DNA of 64,000 nt from a virus: positions 28,374 through 92,373 of IMG/VR virus record IMGVR_UViG_3300026519_000008. One strand, 5' to 3'. Below are positions 48,769-59,602 of this stretch, piece after piece. The notes beneath the pieces were generated by a model that was given only the letters and a program-made list of their open reading frames with translations, made no database searches and was not told the DNA's origin. Numbering within the stretch: position 1 is the first letter of the stretch; every line of letters begins with the position of its first letter. The position numbers were made by a program, and so were the translations under genes.

Positions 48769-51062
48769 AACGGAGACGTCCCTTTAGACCCTGTTACATT
48801 CTCTGTAAAAGTAAACACCTCTCCATCTGCCGGAACCCACAAGCTTTGGGCCAGGGGAGGAGTATCTGTAAGGTTATCATACCCAGAAGACCCAGCCCCC
48901 ACCGTGATCGTACCACTGATTGTAGCATTTGTAGCTTTTAAGGCTCCATCAGATGAAACACTAAATGGAGCTGCATTGAAACTTTCCGCCCCGGCCCAAA
49001 CTCCATATACCCCATCAGTCACTTCGTAACCCAGTCCAAGACGAGTACCTAGAGATCCATAGGTAAGAGCATTCTGATCGAACTCAAAAGCCGACAACTT
49101 AGTTCTATCTGTCGAGATTTCAAAGGCCACTGCCCCTGCCGCATCCTTCCCTAAAAGGCCGTAGGCATCTACCAAGCTACGTTCATCATAGAGATCCCCC
49201 AGCACAATCTTATTCACCCCAGTAGTGGTCATTCTAAGAACTGGACCATTCCTACTTGTCTCTGTCGGGTCCAATCTAATAAAGTTGACCGCGTTACCTA
49301 CACGAAATGGTCCAGGTACCCAGTTCGGAGCAGTGTCAGACGTCCCATCATTATCCGGCCCGGCCGTAATTGGAGAATAGGCGTCAGAGCTATCAGTCTG
49401 CCAAATAGCCCCCGTCAATACCAGCGAATCATAATCATCCAGATACGACGTAGGACCACTGGATACTTTGTAGAAATGAGAAGCTTTGATCTTCAGACTT
49501 AGATCACTGGCTACAGTGACAGAGTCCACCAAAGCTTTGAACGTTACCCCAGTCGGACCGTACAAAGAGTCACTGACAGTGATGGTGTCTGTTGGATCAA
49601 GGGACAAAAGAATACCCTTGGCAGTAAATGACAGATCAGCCTGCTTAAGAAGCTGACGCTGAAGCACCAACATTCCTAGCTTCAAGGCCTGTGTCTGATC
49701 ATGGATGAAATTGATTTCAACTGCCTTGTCTTGCTTTTTATCCCCAGCCCCGTCCACCGTAACACCGTCTTTCAACAATGCGTCAATGGAATCAGTGGCT
49801 TCCTGCCAGGCTACATAACCAGCGTTGGGGATCTTCCGCACATCTTTTTTCTTGTACTTAAAAGACCCTTCGCCCTTGCGTCTGCCGATCACAACAGTAG
49901 AATCCACCGTTGCAACAGACGTATTATCAAAAGGCTTAAACTCAATCTGCTCACCACAGACTAGGTCCATTCCAGCTTGATTCAATAGGTTCGCCAGAAC
50001 ATTTTTACGCTCTTGTCTAGTCCACCAACCCCCCGCCATTTCAATGCCACGTGAGGAAAACCATGCAGTGGCATCCGTTACAGACTGCTGATCAATATCA
50101 GTCTCTGAAATACCAAACTCTAGTAGGAGTTGGTACACAATCTGTGCTGGGTTGGTGCTTGTATAAGTCCCGTTGGACATTGTAAATCTGGTTGGAACTG
50201 CTTCAAACTTATCCCCAGATACCCACAACGGGGCTCCACCAATACCGGTGTCTAAGTATCCAACATGGTACGAGACCCCGTCAGCCCCTACTACAGTTCC
50301 ACTGTCCACCCAGCTAGCATCAGTTGGAACAACCCATTCTACTTTTCCAGCTATATTCCTAGGAGTCCGTACCCTATCCACAGATACAGTGCTTCCGCCA
50401 ACAACCTTCCCAACCAAGTAGACTCTCGTACCCCCTGTATACACTGGAACCAATGGGATATACGCAGCCCCAAACGTTACTGGAACACATAGATCCTGAG
50501 ACGTATTCGTATCAGGAAATGCCTCTGCGATTAAAGATGTTTCAGGGTAGTAGCCCTCTAAGTATTGCTGGAAGAAATCTTCGCATACAAAGTCTAGCTG
50601 CTCATAATTAGAGTCTACGGAAACAGCTTTGAACCGCCATCTCCTGACCACATGGGCCCTCGGATCTATCCCATCAGACATGGCCAGATCAACCCAGACT
50701 GATGCCCCCTCAAAATCCTCAGAGCTTAAAACGTTCCCCTTATTCGTGACAGAAAAGTTCATTCTGGAGGGAGAGATCAGACCAAACTCATTCTTCTGGC
50801 GCTGAAGAGTCACCCCACCAAACTTAACGATCTTGAACTCAAAAGCTTGGGTAGCAACACCGTCCCCGCCGCCAACAGTTACTGCATCTTCCAGATAAAT
50901 GCCATCACCAATCTTGTCCGCCGCATCTACAGTAGACGTAGACCAGTAATAGCGTGTCCCTGCAACAGTCGTGACAGTGAAAAGCCACGAGGCTTTATAT
51001 TTCTGCTCGGCATCAACGATTGCCTGAATCGTAGAAGAAAACTGACGCATCAGTTGTACCAC
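48765..51062 (-). CDS. tail tip/hub protein
   Basis: Second gene after the tape measure; VPVTFG, TNPAQIVYQLL. Confidence 0.65.
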   Translation of the reverse strand: MVQLMRQFSSTIQAIVDAEQKYKASWLFTVTTVAGTRYYWSTSTVDAADKIGDGIYLEDAVTVGGGDGVATQAFEFKIVKFGGVTLQRQKNEFGLISPSRMNFSVTNKGNVLSSEDFEGASVWVDLAMSDGIDPRAHVVRRWRFKAVSVDSNYEQLDFVCEDFFQQYLEGYYPETSLIAEAFPDTNTSQDLCVPVTFGAAYIPLVPVYTGGTRVYLVGKVVGGSTVSVDRVRTPRNIAGKVEWVVPTDASWVDSGTVVGADGVSYHVGYLDTGIGGAPLWVSGDKFEAVPTRFTMSNGTYTSTNPAQIVYQLLLEFGISETDIDQQSVTDATAWFSSRGIEMAGGWWTRQERKNVLANLLNQAGMDLVCGEQIEFKPFDNTSVATVDSTVVIGRRKGEGSFKYKKKDVRKIPNAGYVAWQEATDSIDALLKDGVTVDGAGDKKQDKAVEINFIHDQTQALKLGMLVLQRQLLKQADLSFTAKGILLSLDPTDTITVSDSLYGPTGVTFKALVDSVTVASDLSLKIKASHFYKVSSGPTSYLDDYDSLVLTGAIWQTDSSDAYSPITAGPDNDGTSDTAPNWVPGPFRVGNAVNFIRLDPTETSRNGPVLRMTTTGVNKIVLGDLYDERSLVDAYGLLGKDAAGAVAFEISTDRTKLSAFEFDQNALTYGSLGTRLGLGYEVTDGVYGVWAGAESFNAAPFSVSSDGALKATNATISGTITVGAGSSGYDNLTDTPPLAQSLWVPADGEVFTFTENVTGSKGTSPL

Positions 51063-51487
51063 CCGATGATCTTGAGGCTGATTGTGGCAATGCCAAAATG
51101 GCCTACTGCGTTCAATGATCTCTGTATATTACTGGCAAATCTCACTACGTACTGCTGGGTCCCCCCACCCTCTGTAGGGTGCTGCCACACAAAAGTTCTG
51201 ATCTTCCCCCTACCCTTCATAGGATCTACCCAGAACTCCATCAACGTTCCAGCATCCGCATCCGAAAGATAGGTCCACTGCAACTTCACAATGATTTCTG
51301 GGGTGGAAGATCCAAACTCAATCCGCTCCTCTGAACCATCATCCCCGATCCTGACCACGTCATTCTTATCAAAACCTTCTGTCAATACATTTTGCGGAGT
51401 TACAGACATAACATCCACAGCGTCAGGCACGGCTGCTGACGTAACCCCAGCAAGTTGAAGAAGCGTCTTGATCGTTTGAACTGCCAC
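51050..51487 (-). CDS. distal tail protein-like
   Basis: Directly after the tape measure; DGSEER, F.W.HP, YVVRF. Confidence 0.6.
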   Translation of the reverse strand: MAVQTIKTLLQLAGVTSAAVPDAVDVMSVTPQNVLTEGFDKNDVVRIGDDGSEERIEFGSSTPEIIVKLQWTYLSDADAGTLMEFWVDPMKGRGKIRTFVWQHPTEGGGTQQYVVRFASNIQRSLNAVGHFGIATISLKIIGWYN

Positions 51488-54400
51488 TAGACTCTCCTAA
51501 CCGAATCTACAAAATCACCGTCCGACCGCAAAGCATACTTTACCCTATCCACGATCATATCAGTGACCTCATCGCTACCAAGATACACTTTCACCACAGT
51601 AGACCCGTCTCCACTCTGAAACATTGCCAAGTTTCTAGCCACTGCACTTCCGATAGCCTCCGCAGAAGGGCCACTATAACTGAGCAAGCTAGCTGGCGAA
51701 CTCGTGGGGAAAGATCCACTTGTGTCCCAAGTCCCAAAGGCATAGCTCGGAACCCCATAGTCATCCGACAGTCCATAGAGCCTCATCAGCTCTCGTACCT
51801 TCCCGGCGTGTCGTTCCGAAATAACCATCTCATTCGGATGCAACACGGCCAGGAATCCGTCTGACCTGCCGTCCCCCTTAATGCCACGCATCCCACCCAG
51901 CGCGCTTGTGTCCCATGCGCCAGACGCAGCGCTTGGCAAGGTCACTGAAGAGGTAAGCCCGGTCTGTACTTTGTTACCAGCAATCCACTTCAACTCGTCA
52001 ATCACAAATCCATGCACTTCCCTCAGCACATCCCGCAGCTCTTCTGCCGAAGCATGCACTATATTCCAGGATTCCACAGAGGCTTCATACTCCTGCCGAG
52101 CCCACGCCTCAGAACCTATCCCCTGGCCCTGTTGCACTGCCAACTGAGCCATCAGATTAGCCAACAGCTCTGTGTCTCGCTTGTACGCATCCCCCTCCTG
52201 CGAAGCCAACACCTGCTGCTTCTGAATATACTGGTCAATCACTTCCAACGAAATCGACTTGGCATCATCAACAGACCACCGCCCACCGAAGCTCTCAAAC
52301 ATAGCCGCCTTGAGAGCATTTACCATGTCAGCGTAGAACTGAGAGTCCCGGGTGTACCCAAGATTGGTAGCTGCCTCAGCAGCAAACTTCGAGATATTTG
52401 AGAGCAGAGTATCCTGCGACAGCCCTCGTAGCCCACCACCCAGCCCCATCCACTCCCCACTACGTCCGGTGGGAATGTTAGCAAGCTCTTCACGATAAGC
52501 CTGCATATCCTCTACGCCAGTAGCAGCGTAACTGGCAAGACGGTCCTGGACCTCCGCAATCGAGGCCAGGATAGACTGTGTTTCCTGCTCTTCCCGATTT
52601 ACCAGAGCCTGGGCGTCCAGCATAGCATTCCACGCCTGCGCCTCCTGCGTCTCCATACTGGTCAGCTGATCCATCAACGACAGGTTGTTGCTAGTATTCA
52701 ATGCTGTGATGATCCTGTGAAACGGATTTCTTTCAGTCCGATCCATGATCATCTGTGTAACAGTAGCATCAGACAAGATGCTCAACGGACTGTCAGAACT
52801 GAGAATCCCCTCTGTTCCTGTATTTGCCGAAATAGCAGCCAGCTCAGTTCTAGCCTGAGCCAACAGCTCAGTCATAGCCCCAAATCCACCCTTCAACTCA
52901 GTCACATACTCAGTCTGAATCCCAGTGTTCTTTGCCATTGTATCAAGAAGATCCCGAATCAGATTGTTTCCATCTTCCAGGATAGCAGTTTGCTGCTCCA
53001 ACGCATTTACCGTAGGATCTGAAATCAATTTCAGATTCTCATCCAGACCTCCGATATTCTTCAATTCGTCAACCACGTCCCTGAACAGCGCCTGGTACGA
53101 ACCAGCATCAGAGCCCATGAACGTCCGCATAAACGGAAGGAACTGACTGGACACGAAGTCAGCAAATGCCTGCTTTGCATCAGCGTCCCCACCAGCCGCC
53201 TGCTCAGCCAATCTTCTGTACTCAGCCCAATACCCCTCAGCCGATACACTGGGAGCCAAAGCCTGATCCAGACTCATAGTCCTAATAGTATCAGCAATCT
53301 GAAGAGACGCCTCACGCGAAGCCTCAGCGTTTTCCTTAAGAGCGTCAATTTGCTTCTGTGTGTAGTCGATATACAGATCCAGCCATTGACCAAAGCCCTC
53401 CAGATAATCCTCTGTAGAGGCAAAATTTGCACTCTGAAGGCGTCCCTGAAGGGAAGTCCGTTGGGTGGAAGCATACAGGTCATCCCCCAGCACCAACTGA
53501 TACCAGCCCTGCATCCGATCCCACAAGCCACTCAACGAATCTAACAGATCAGACAGAGCACTCTTCGTTATATCCTCCAGCTTATCAAAATAGCCCTTCT
53601 GAATATCCAGGATCTTCCTGTCCCGAGCCTTCTGAACCAAGAGGATATTTTCAGTGGTAGCTGCATTCAAATCTTGGAGATCACGGATAGCAGCCTCAGC
53701 CTCCATGTATGTATCCCGAATATCTCGGGCCATAGAGTCACCGCCACCAAACTGTAAATAGTCCTCAAACGGTCGAAGGATACCATCTACCGAATCGGCA
53801 ATATCCTGCTGCAATCCCACAAACTCAGATACATAGGCTTCAAAGACCAGCGCCTTCTCCCTGGTCCCATCCACCATCTTACTCAAGGCATCCTCATACC
53901 TCCGCACGATCTTTTCATAATCACGGACAGCCTTGGAAACCTTAGTCTCGTCAATAATGTCCTGGTATTCTCTGATCTTATCGTTATAATCCTGCTGGAG
54001 ATCCAAATACACACTTAGTGCATTCCCAGCCTGCATCCAAAGCGCCGCAGCTTCAACACTAAGCCCACTCTGCGAAGCAGCCTCCCACGCCTTTCGGAAG
54101 TTCTCTGCTGTAACAGTTGTCAGCTCTACACCGGCCTGCTCAAGAATCCCGGTGACGGCACTGACACCGATCTCCATATTGATCCGAAGAGCATCAAACT
54201 CAGAATACACGGCATCAGAGAACCCAGCGATCACCGACAGAGCACTATCAAGGTCACCGCCAAGATTTCCAATCAGATCAGACGTGAACTGAATCAGGTT
54301 TGCGGCCCTAGTCCCAGAGTCAACACTGTCCAACCCCTGCAACGCCGGGATAATGTTGTCCAGCGAAACACCAATCTGCCTGAAAGCAAACTCAACAGAG

Positions 54401-57400
54401 GCAACATCAGTAGCCAACCTGATAAACGTTTCCGAAGCCTCTTCACCCTCCTTCTTGAACCTATCAATACTAAGCCCAATATCAGAGAACAGGTGCTCAA
54501 CCGCTAGGTTAAACGTATCCCCGAACCACTCTGCCATCACCTTGGTTATGGAGTCCGCATCTAACCCCTTGATGTTGATCGACATTGACCTTGTGAAATC
54601 ACCAAGGAAGTCCTGAACGTCTATACCCAGAGTTCTTCCTGCTTCAGTGAGCATCTCCTCCATCGACCGAAGGGCCTCGTTGAATTGCTGTTGGAAACCA
54701 CCGTCCAGAGTATCCGTTCTCCATTTTGTTTTCCTGCTTCCAAAGATATTCTTCCCAGACTTAGCCTGCTGGTACATCTCAACGTAGAACTGCTCACCAA
54801 ACTGGTAGGCCATTTCATGGACGCCGCGCAGGATCTGAGTCTTCAATTTCATCTTCCCGCCGGTCAAAGCTTTATCCAACCCTCCCAGGGAGCTTCCAAC
54901 CAACTTGGTGGACCACTCCATAATGTTCAAGAAATCCAACCAGTCTGGAATCAAGAGTTTATCGAAAATCTCGTCGAAGACATCAGACGCGTCCCGAAAT
55001 ACGTCAGACCCCATCCTCAACGGGTTCGTAGCCCGAGTAGACATTGTGCCAGGAAGACCGGTCGGCCCACCAAGAGTAGACCCAGCCGTAGGCTGACCGG
55101 AAAACCACGCGCCCCACAGCCTAGTATTACGTTCCATAACCGTGGAAAGCTCGCTGATGGCCACCCGCAGTCTGAATAGTTCCTGAGAAAGCCGATCATC
55201 CTGCTCCACAGCCATGGCCCTTAGAGACGTGGCACCTACATCCCCAACAAACGTATCCGATGGAGGAATGTCAGGCGGGGCCTTTCCGCCTACAGACGTG
55301 TCGCCGCTGCCGCCAATCTTTGCTAACTGCGTAGCCCCGGTAATTGCCACCGCAGCTGCCTGCATCCAATTCATCGGATACGGAAGCTGAAATGCTTTCA
55401 TAATCCCTGTGGCGGTGTCTGTAATAATCGACCCTACAGCAAAAGCCTTATTCGCAGCAGTATGCTCTGCAAACAATCCCTGCATGGCTCCGAACAGATT
55501 GGACGTAGCATTCAAAAGATCCTGCGTGTGCTTCGTCCGTGTAGCCCAAATCTCTGCATCCAGCTCCCGCTCTTTCTGGAGCCTCCATTCCTGAATCGCA
55601 GCCTCCTCTACCCCGGCAGACTGCATGGCCTCAACCATAAGATCCAACTGTTGCCGCCTGATCGCCACCATAGCATCAGAGTTCAAACCAATCTCAGTCA
55701 AAGCCTGCTTTTCGTAGTTCATCCTGGTCTCAAGATCCAACTCGCTGAACCTCTTTGTATCCTCCAGAATGATCTGATGCTCAGCCTGGACTAAGGTCTT
55801 TGTATCCTTCAGCTTTTTACTACGCTCATCACGGGCGATTTTCCTCTCCTGATTGATCTTCCACTTTTCAATATCAGCCAGGATCTTAGCCAGCGCCTTT
55901 TCATCCTTGATGCGCTCCTTGGCCATCTTCTGCATATACTTGGCCTGCGCAGCCGCCTTTTTCCTCTCATTGTCAAAATACTTGGAGGATACATCTCCAA
56001 GATCACCAAACATCTGCTCGTACTCAGACGTGGGTCCCATGAAAATATCCCGCCAAGCAGAAGCATACTCCTCCCATTTCTGAAGCTCATCCTCACGGAA
56101 CTGAGCAGAAAGGGCACTTAGCTCTCCAAACAGCTCAGCCCCCAGCTGTGCCTTTTCCTCCTCAGAGGTAGCCTTCTCAAGCAGCCCTCTGTACCGTTTG
56201 ATCACTTCCATATAAGCATTACCAAAGGCCGTCCGGTCCAGCTGAGGCATCATCAAATTCTGAGCACTCTTCCTGAAATTAATTTCATCTTGATGCTCCA
56301 TGACCCTGGACATAGCAGCTATGTATTGGTCATAGAGAGCTGTGCCCTCCTCAATACCACGATTCATCAACCATTGAGCCGCCTGGAGCTTATACATCTC
56401 CACCCCAACAGCTCCCAGCAACTGTGCCTCAAGTGTCAGAGCATCTGCCTGCTTACTGACAGCCTTATCTAACTTTAACTGTTCGATTTTTTGCAAGTTT
56501 TCAAACAGCTCAATGATTTCTTTCCTAGCCTCCTCTGGAACCACGCTAGCCAGAATCCCACTCAGAGACGAAAGATCTTTCCCAAACAGCTCAGCTGCCT
56601 CTGCCCCCATCCCAAGCCACTCAGCAATCTTGTACCGAGCCTGAAGGTTGGAAATCTCATCCACAGACGCTTGGGTCAGCTGGACAGTCCTACGCACTTG
56701 CTCGGCGTAGTCCTTAAAAGCCCTCTCAGCATCAGGATCAACAAACGCTGCCTGCGAAGCCCTGGCCGGAGGGAACTTAAACATAAACTCAGCCGACATC
56801 CTTCTAGGATCTAGTATCTTTGCTAGGTTCTCCAACCGCTTCTGTTTACGCTCAAGCTGCTCTTCAGCTTTGTCTGCATCAATCTGCCCGCGCGCCACCA
56901 GGGCCTTTAGCTCTGTGATACTAGCCTGGACCCTAGCCTTCTCTACATTTACTACTTCTTCAAGACTCTCAGCATATTGAGACTGTGCCGCCTCATAGGC
57001 CTTCTGGTAATCATCAGTAGCCTTTAGTACAGCGTCCCTGTAAGCCTTTGCTGCCTGTTCCTCAGTCTCACCCTTCTCCAATATACCTGTCTTGTACTCT
57101 TCAGCAGCCGCTTTGATCTCCTGCCTGAACTTCCGTCCGGCCCCAGAGATCTGCAACGAGACGCTTCTGAAGACATTTGGCGGAAGCACCATACTGGTGT
57201 CCTGCAAAATGTTCTTGATATTCTCAATCCGAGCCAGGAACTTCTTAGGATCAAGGTATTCCTGGACACTGACCTCTGTGTCCTTAAGGGCCTGCTTCAG
57301 CCACTCAAGCGGACCTTCCCGCCCGCCCCTAGCCAGGGTAGTCTTCAGCTTGGATGCAATTTCATCGCCATCATCTCCCAACTTGATCAACGATGCCCTA

Positions 57401-59196
57401 ACAATCTTGATTGTCTTTTTGTACCCAGCCTCAACGCTTCCTGCCGAATCAATAAACTGCTTCTTCAGTCTCTCAGGAAGAGTCTCGGCAAGATTGGCAG
57501 GGTCTGCCGACAGCACGTCTAGCAGATCCTTCCACGTAGTACCAAACTCCTTACTGAACCCTACCATATCATGTAGCTGCGACAGTACGTCACTGGAATC
57601 CTCTTTGAGCACCTTCATCACAATAGTGACGTTGTTCTGAGCCGCCTTCCAATTGTCGTTGACCTTGGACGAATCTGACAGGATCTCCTTCATACTGGTC
57701 CCGAAATCTCCCAGCAGATCATCCAACATCTTGACCCACCCTAAGGCGGCCAGAATCATGATGCGGCCCTTGGTACCGAACATCAGGAAACCAATAATCC
57801 CAACCGCAGCGATCTCCTTAGGTATGGCCGTCATCACCCCATAAATACGTCCCAGAATAGTAAAGAAGGCAGACGCAATAGGAGCCAGCGAATCCAGTAC
57901 CCGCTGTGTGGCAGCCACCATGTCCCCAGACCACTTGATGGCATCCACAACGAACTGCCTGAACGTTCTCTTTATATTGTTGGCATCCTGATCAATCCTC
58001 TCCGACATGCTCTTTACCTGATCCGCAACAGCTGCGGTCAGAGCTTTTAAAGCATCCGAGAGCGGGGTGACCACAGCGATAGCCCACTCCTGCATAGCCG
58101 ACTTCAAGATGATGAACTGACTCTTCATTGTGTTCATCATCATGACGAACTGTTCGCCAGCCTTCTTAGTACCATACAGCTGGTCCCTAAACTTCCTCCA
58201 CTCATCCCCGCCCTGCATGATCAACGCCAACATACCAGGCAACGCCTCTTGACCTACAATCTTGGTCATCGAGAACATCGCGTTGTTCACGTCCAGCACT
58301 TGCTGCTTGAAAGGCTTTGTAGAGTTCGCTGCAATATCCATTTTTTCAGCGAACGTATCCAGCAGCTCTCCCATATCATGCAGCTCTGGATTGACCTCAG
58401 ACGCTGTAAGCCCTAGGTCCCTCAGCCCCTCCCGCGTCATATTCATCGGACGAACAAGGCGCACCAACGCGGCTCTGAGCGCCACACCGGCCATCTCACC
58501 AAAGAACCCTGCACGATGCAGCAGTCCAAGAGCGGCAGCTGTGTCCTCAATCTGCCAACCGAAAGACTTCGTAAGTCCAGCTGTATACTTGAAGGCCAAC
58601 CCAAGACGAGTCAGGGTTGCAGGGGAGGAAGCGATGGTCTCAGCCATCACATTGGCGATCCGGTTGGTCTCCACCGCCTCCATACGAAAAGCGCGCATCA
58701 CCGCAGTGACGCGCTCGGCAGCATCCCCAACCTTCTCACCAGTGGCACCGGCTAGGAGCATAGTACCGGCCAACGAATCCATGGACTCCTTGGCCGATAA
58801 CCCGGCAGACGCCAGAGAGTAAAACGCATCAGCAGACTGACTAGCAAGAAATGTAGTCTCCCGACCGAACAGTCGGGCCTGCATAGTCATCTGCTCAAGC
58901 TCATCGGCCATCGCCCCGGCCACAGAAGCAGCCTTGGCCATAGCCTGCTCAAAATCAGCCGCAATCTCTACAACGTTAGAGGCCACCCGCCACGCCCCCC
59001 ACGCAGCAGCCGTAGCCAAAATCTGATTCCTAAGATTCCTGAGGGTCTTGGACGTCTTATCCATACTGCTACTGACGCCCTTGGCGGCCCTCCTGCCTGA
59101 CCGCTCAACACCCTCCATCCCAGCCTTTACAGCCCGAATCTCCTGGATGCCGTCTACATTTACATCAATCTCAATGGTAGTCCTGTACTTTGCCAT
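51487..59196 (-). CDS. tail tape measure protein (TP901-type)
   Basis: 2569 aa, helical; AADFEQAM, ETTF.ASQ, LASAG, GEMAG.ALR. Confidence 0.93.
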   Translation of the reverse strand: MAKYRTTIEIDVNVDGIQEIRAVKAGMEGVERSGRRAAKGVSSSMDKTSKTLRNLRNQILATAAAWGAWRVASNVVEIAADFEQAMAKAASVAGAMADELEQMTMQARLFGRETTFLASQSADAFYSLASAGLSAKESMDSLAGTMLLAGATGEKVGDAAERVTAVMRAFRMEAVETNRIANVMAETIASSPATLTRLGLAFKYTAGLTKSFGWQIEDTAAALGLLHRAGFFGEMAGVALRAALVRLVRPMNMTREGLRDLGLTASEVNPELHDMGELLDTFAEKMDIAANSTKPFKQQVLDVNNAMFSMTKIVGQEALPGMLALIMQGGDEWRKFRDQLYGTKKAGEQFVMMMNTMKSQFIILKSAMQEWAIAVVTPLSDALKALTAAVADQVKSMSERIDQDANNIKRTFRQFVVDAIKWSGDMVAATQRVLDSLAPIASAFFTILGRIYGVMTAIPKEIAAVGIIGFLMFGTKGRIMILAALGWVKMLDDLLGDFGTSMKEILSDSSKVNDNWKAAQNNVTIVMKVLKEDSSDVLSQLHDMVGFSKEFGTTWKDLLDVLSADPANLAETLPERLKKQFIDSAGSVEAGYKKTIKIVRASLIKLGDDGDEIASKLKTTLARGGREGPLEWLKQALKDTEVSVQEYLDPKKFLARIENIKNILQDTSMVLPPNVFRSVSLQISGAGRKFRQEIKAAAEEYKTGILEKGETEEQAAKAYRDAVLKATDDYQKAYEAAQSQYAESLEEVVNVEKARVQASITELKALVARGQIDADKAEEQLERKQKRLENLAKILDPRRMSAEFMFKFPPARASQAAFVDPDAERAFKDYAEQVRRTVQLTQASVDEISNLQARYKIAEWLGMGAEAAELFGKDLSSLSGILASVVPEEARKEIIELFENLQKIEQLKLDKAVSKQADALTLEAQLLGAVGVEMYKLQAAQWLMNRGIEEGTALYDQYIAAMSRVMEHQDEINFRKSAQNLMMPQLDRTAFGNAYMEVIKRYRGLLEKATSEEEKAQLGAELFGELSALSAQFREDELQKWEEYASAWRDIFMGPTSEYEQMFGDLGDVSSKYFDNERKKAAAQAKYMQKMAKERIKDEKALAKILADIEKWKINQERKIARDERSKKLKDTKTLVQAEHQIILEDTKRFSELDLETRMNYEKQALTEIGLNSDAMVAIRRQQLDLMVEAMQSAGVEEAAIQEWRLQKERELDAEIWATRTKHTQDLLNATSNLFGAMQGLFAEHTAANKAFAVGSIITDTATGIMKAFQLPYPMNWMQAAAVAITGATQLAKIGGSGDTSVGGKAPPDIPPSDTFVGDVGATSLRAMAVEQDDRLSQELFRLRVAISELSTVMERNTRLWGAWFSGQPTAGSTLGGPTGLPGTMSTRATNPLRMGSDVFRDASDVFDEIFDKLLIPDWLDFLNIMEWSTKLVGSSLGGLDKALTGGKMKLKTQILRGVHEMAYQFGEQFYVEMYQQAKSGKNIFGSRKTKWRTDTLDGGFQQQFNEALRSMEEMLTEAGRTLGIDVQDFLGDFTRSMSINIKGLDADSITKVMAEWFGDTFNLAVEHLFSDIGLSIDRFKKEGEEASETFIRLATDVASVEFAFRQIGVSLDNIIPALQGLDSVDSGTRAANLIQFTSDLIGNLGGDLDSALSVIAGFSDAVYSEFDALRINMEIGVSAVTGILEQAGVELTTVTAENFRKAWEAASQSGLSVEAAALWMQAGNALSVYLDLQQDYNDKIREYQDIIDETKVSKAVRDYEKIVRRYEDALSKMVDGTREKALVFEAYVSEFVGLQQDIADSVDGILRPFEDYLQFGGGDSMARDIRDTYMEAEAAIRDLQDLNAATTENILLVQKARDRKILDIQKGYFDKLEDITKSALSDLLDSLSGLWDRMQGWYQLVLGDDLYASTQRTSLQGRLQSANFASTEDYLEGFGQWLDLYIDYTQKQIDALKENAEASREASLQIADTIRTMSLDQALAPSVSAEGYWAEYRRLAEQAAGGDADAKQAFADFVSSQFLPFMRTFMGSDAGSYQALFRDVVDELKNIGGLDENLKLISDPTVNALEQQTAILEDGNNLIRDLLDTMAKNTGIQTEYVTELKGGFGAMTELLAQARTELAAISANTGTEGILSSDSPLSILSDATVTQMIMDRTERNPFHRIITALNTSNNLSLMDQLTSMETQEAQAWNAMLDAQALVNREEQETQSILASIAEVQDRLASYAATGVEDMQAYREELANIPTGRSGEWMGLGGGLRGLSQDTLLSNISKFAAEAATNLGYTRDSQFYADMVNALKAAMFESFGGRWSVDDAKSISLEVIDQYIQKQQVLASQEGDAYKRDTELLANLMAQLAVQQGQGIGSEAWARQEYEASVESWNIVHASAEELRDVLREVHGFVIDELKWIAGNKVQTGLTSSVTLPSAASGAWDTSALGGMRGIKGDGRSDGFLAVLHPNEMVISERHAGKVRELMRLYGLSDDYGVPSYAFGTWDTSGSFPTSSPASLLSYSGPSAEAIGSAVARNLAMFQSGDGSTVVKVYLGSDEVTDMIVDRVKYALRSDGDFVDSVRRV

Positions 59197-59212
59197 TATG
59201 TAAACGCCTCTC

Positions 59213-59602
59213 TCATTCAGAGTCGGTGGGCTGTGCCTGACGCCTGGCCTCCGCCATTGCCGAGAGAGCTTCCGCCTCCAGGATTCTCACCCTCTCAAAA
59301 CAATCTGTCCTATCCTCTCCCGTCAATCCATACAGGTTAAGTACTACTTCCAGGCTGGGGTAAAAAAGGCCGGTACAGACTCCCTCCATACCAGCCCTGA
59401 TCCACTGAGTCGAGCAGGCATTGAAGACCTTCCAGGCATCTTCATTGTCAGGATCGACCAATGGCCTCCTATTGTCACACTCCAAACAAAGCTTCCCGTG
59501 CTCCGTGATCTTATCTCGCTGCACCCCCTCGCCGCAGGCTCTTACACAGTATCTTGCCCCTTCTGGTCCGAAATGCCAGCGGGCGAGGTCAATGAGTTTT
59601 TT
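59213..59602 (-). CDS. tail assembly chaperone, frameshifted C-terminal part (DUF1799-like)
   Basis: N..AW.VF..CSTQW......TGL.Y...R.LE.EAL; open -1 frame from the slippery site. Confidence 0.75.
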   Translation of the reverse strand, partial: KKLIDLARWHFGPEGARYCVRACGEGVQRDKITEHGKLCLECDNRRPLVDPDNEDAWKVFNACSTQWIRAGMEGVCTGLFYPSLEVVLNLYGLTGEDRTDCFERVRILEAEALSAMAEARRQAQPTDSE

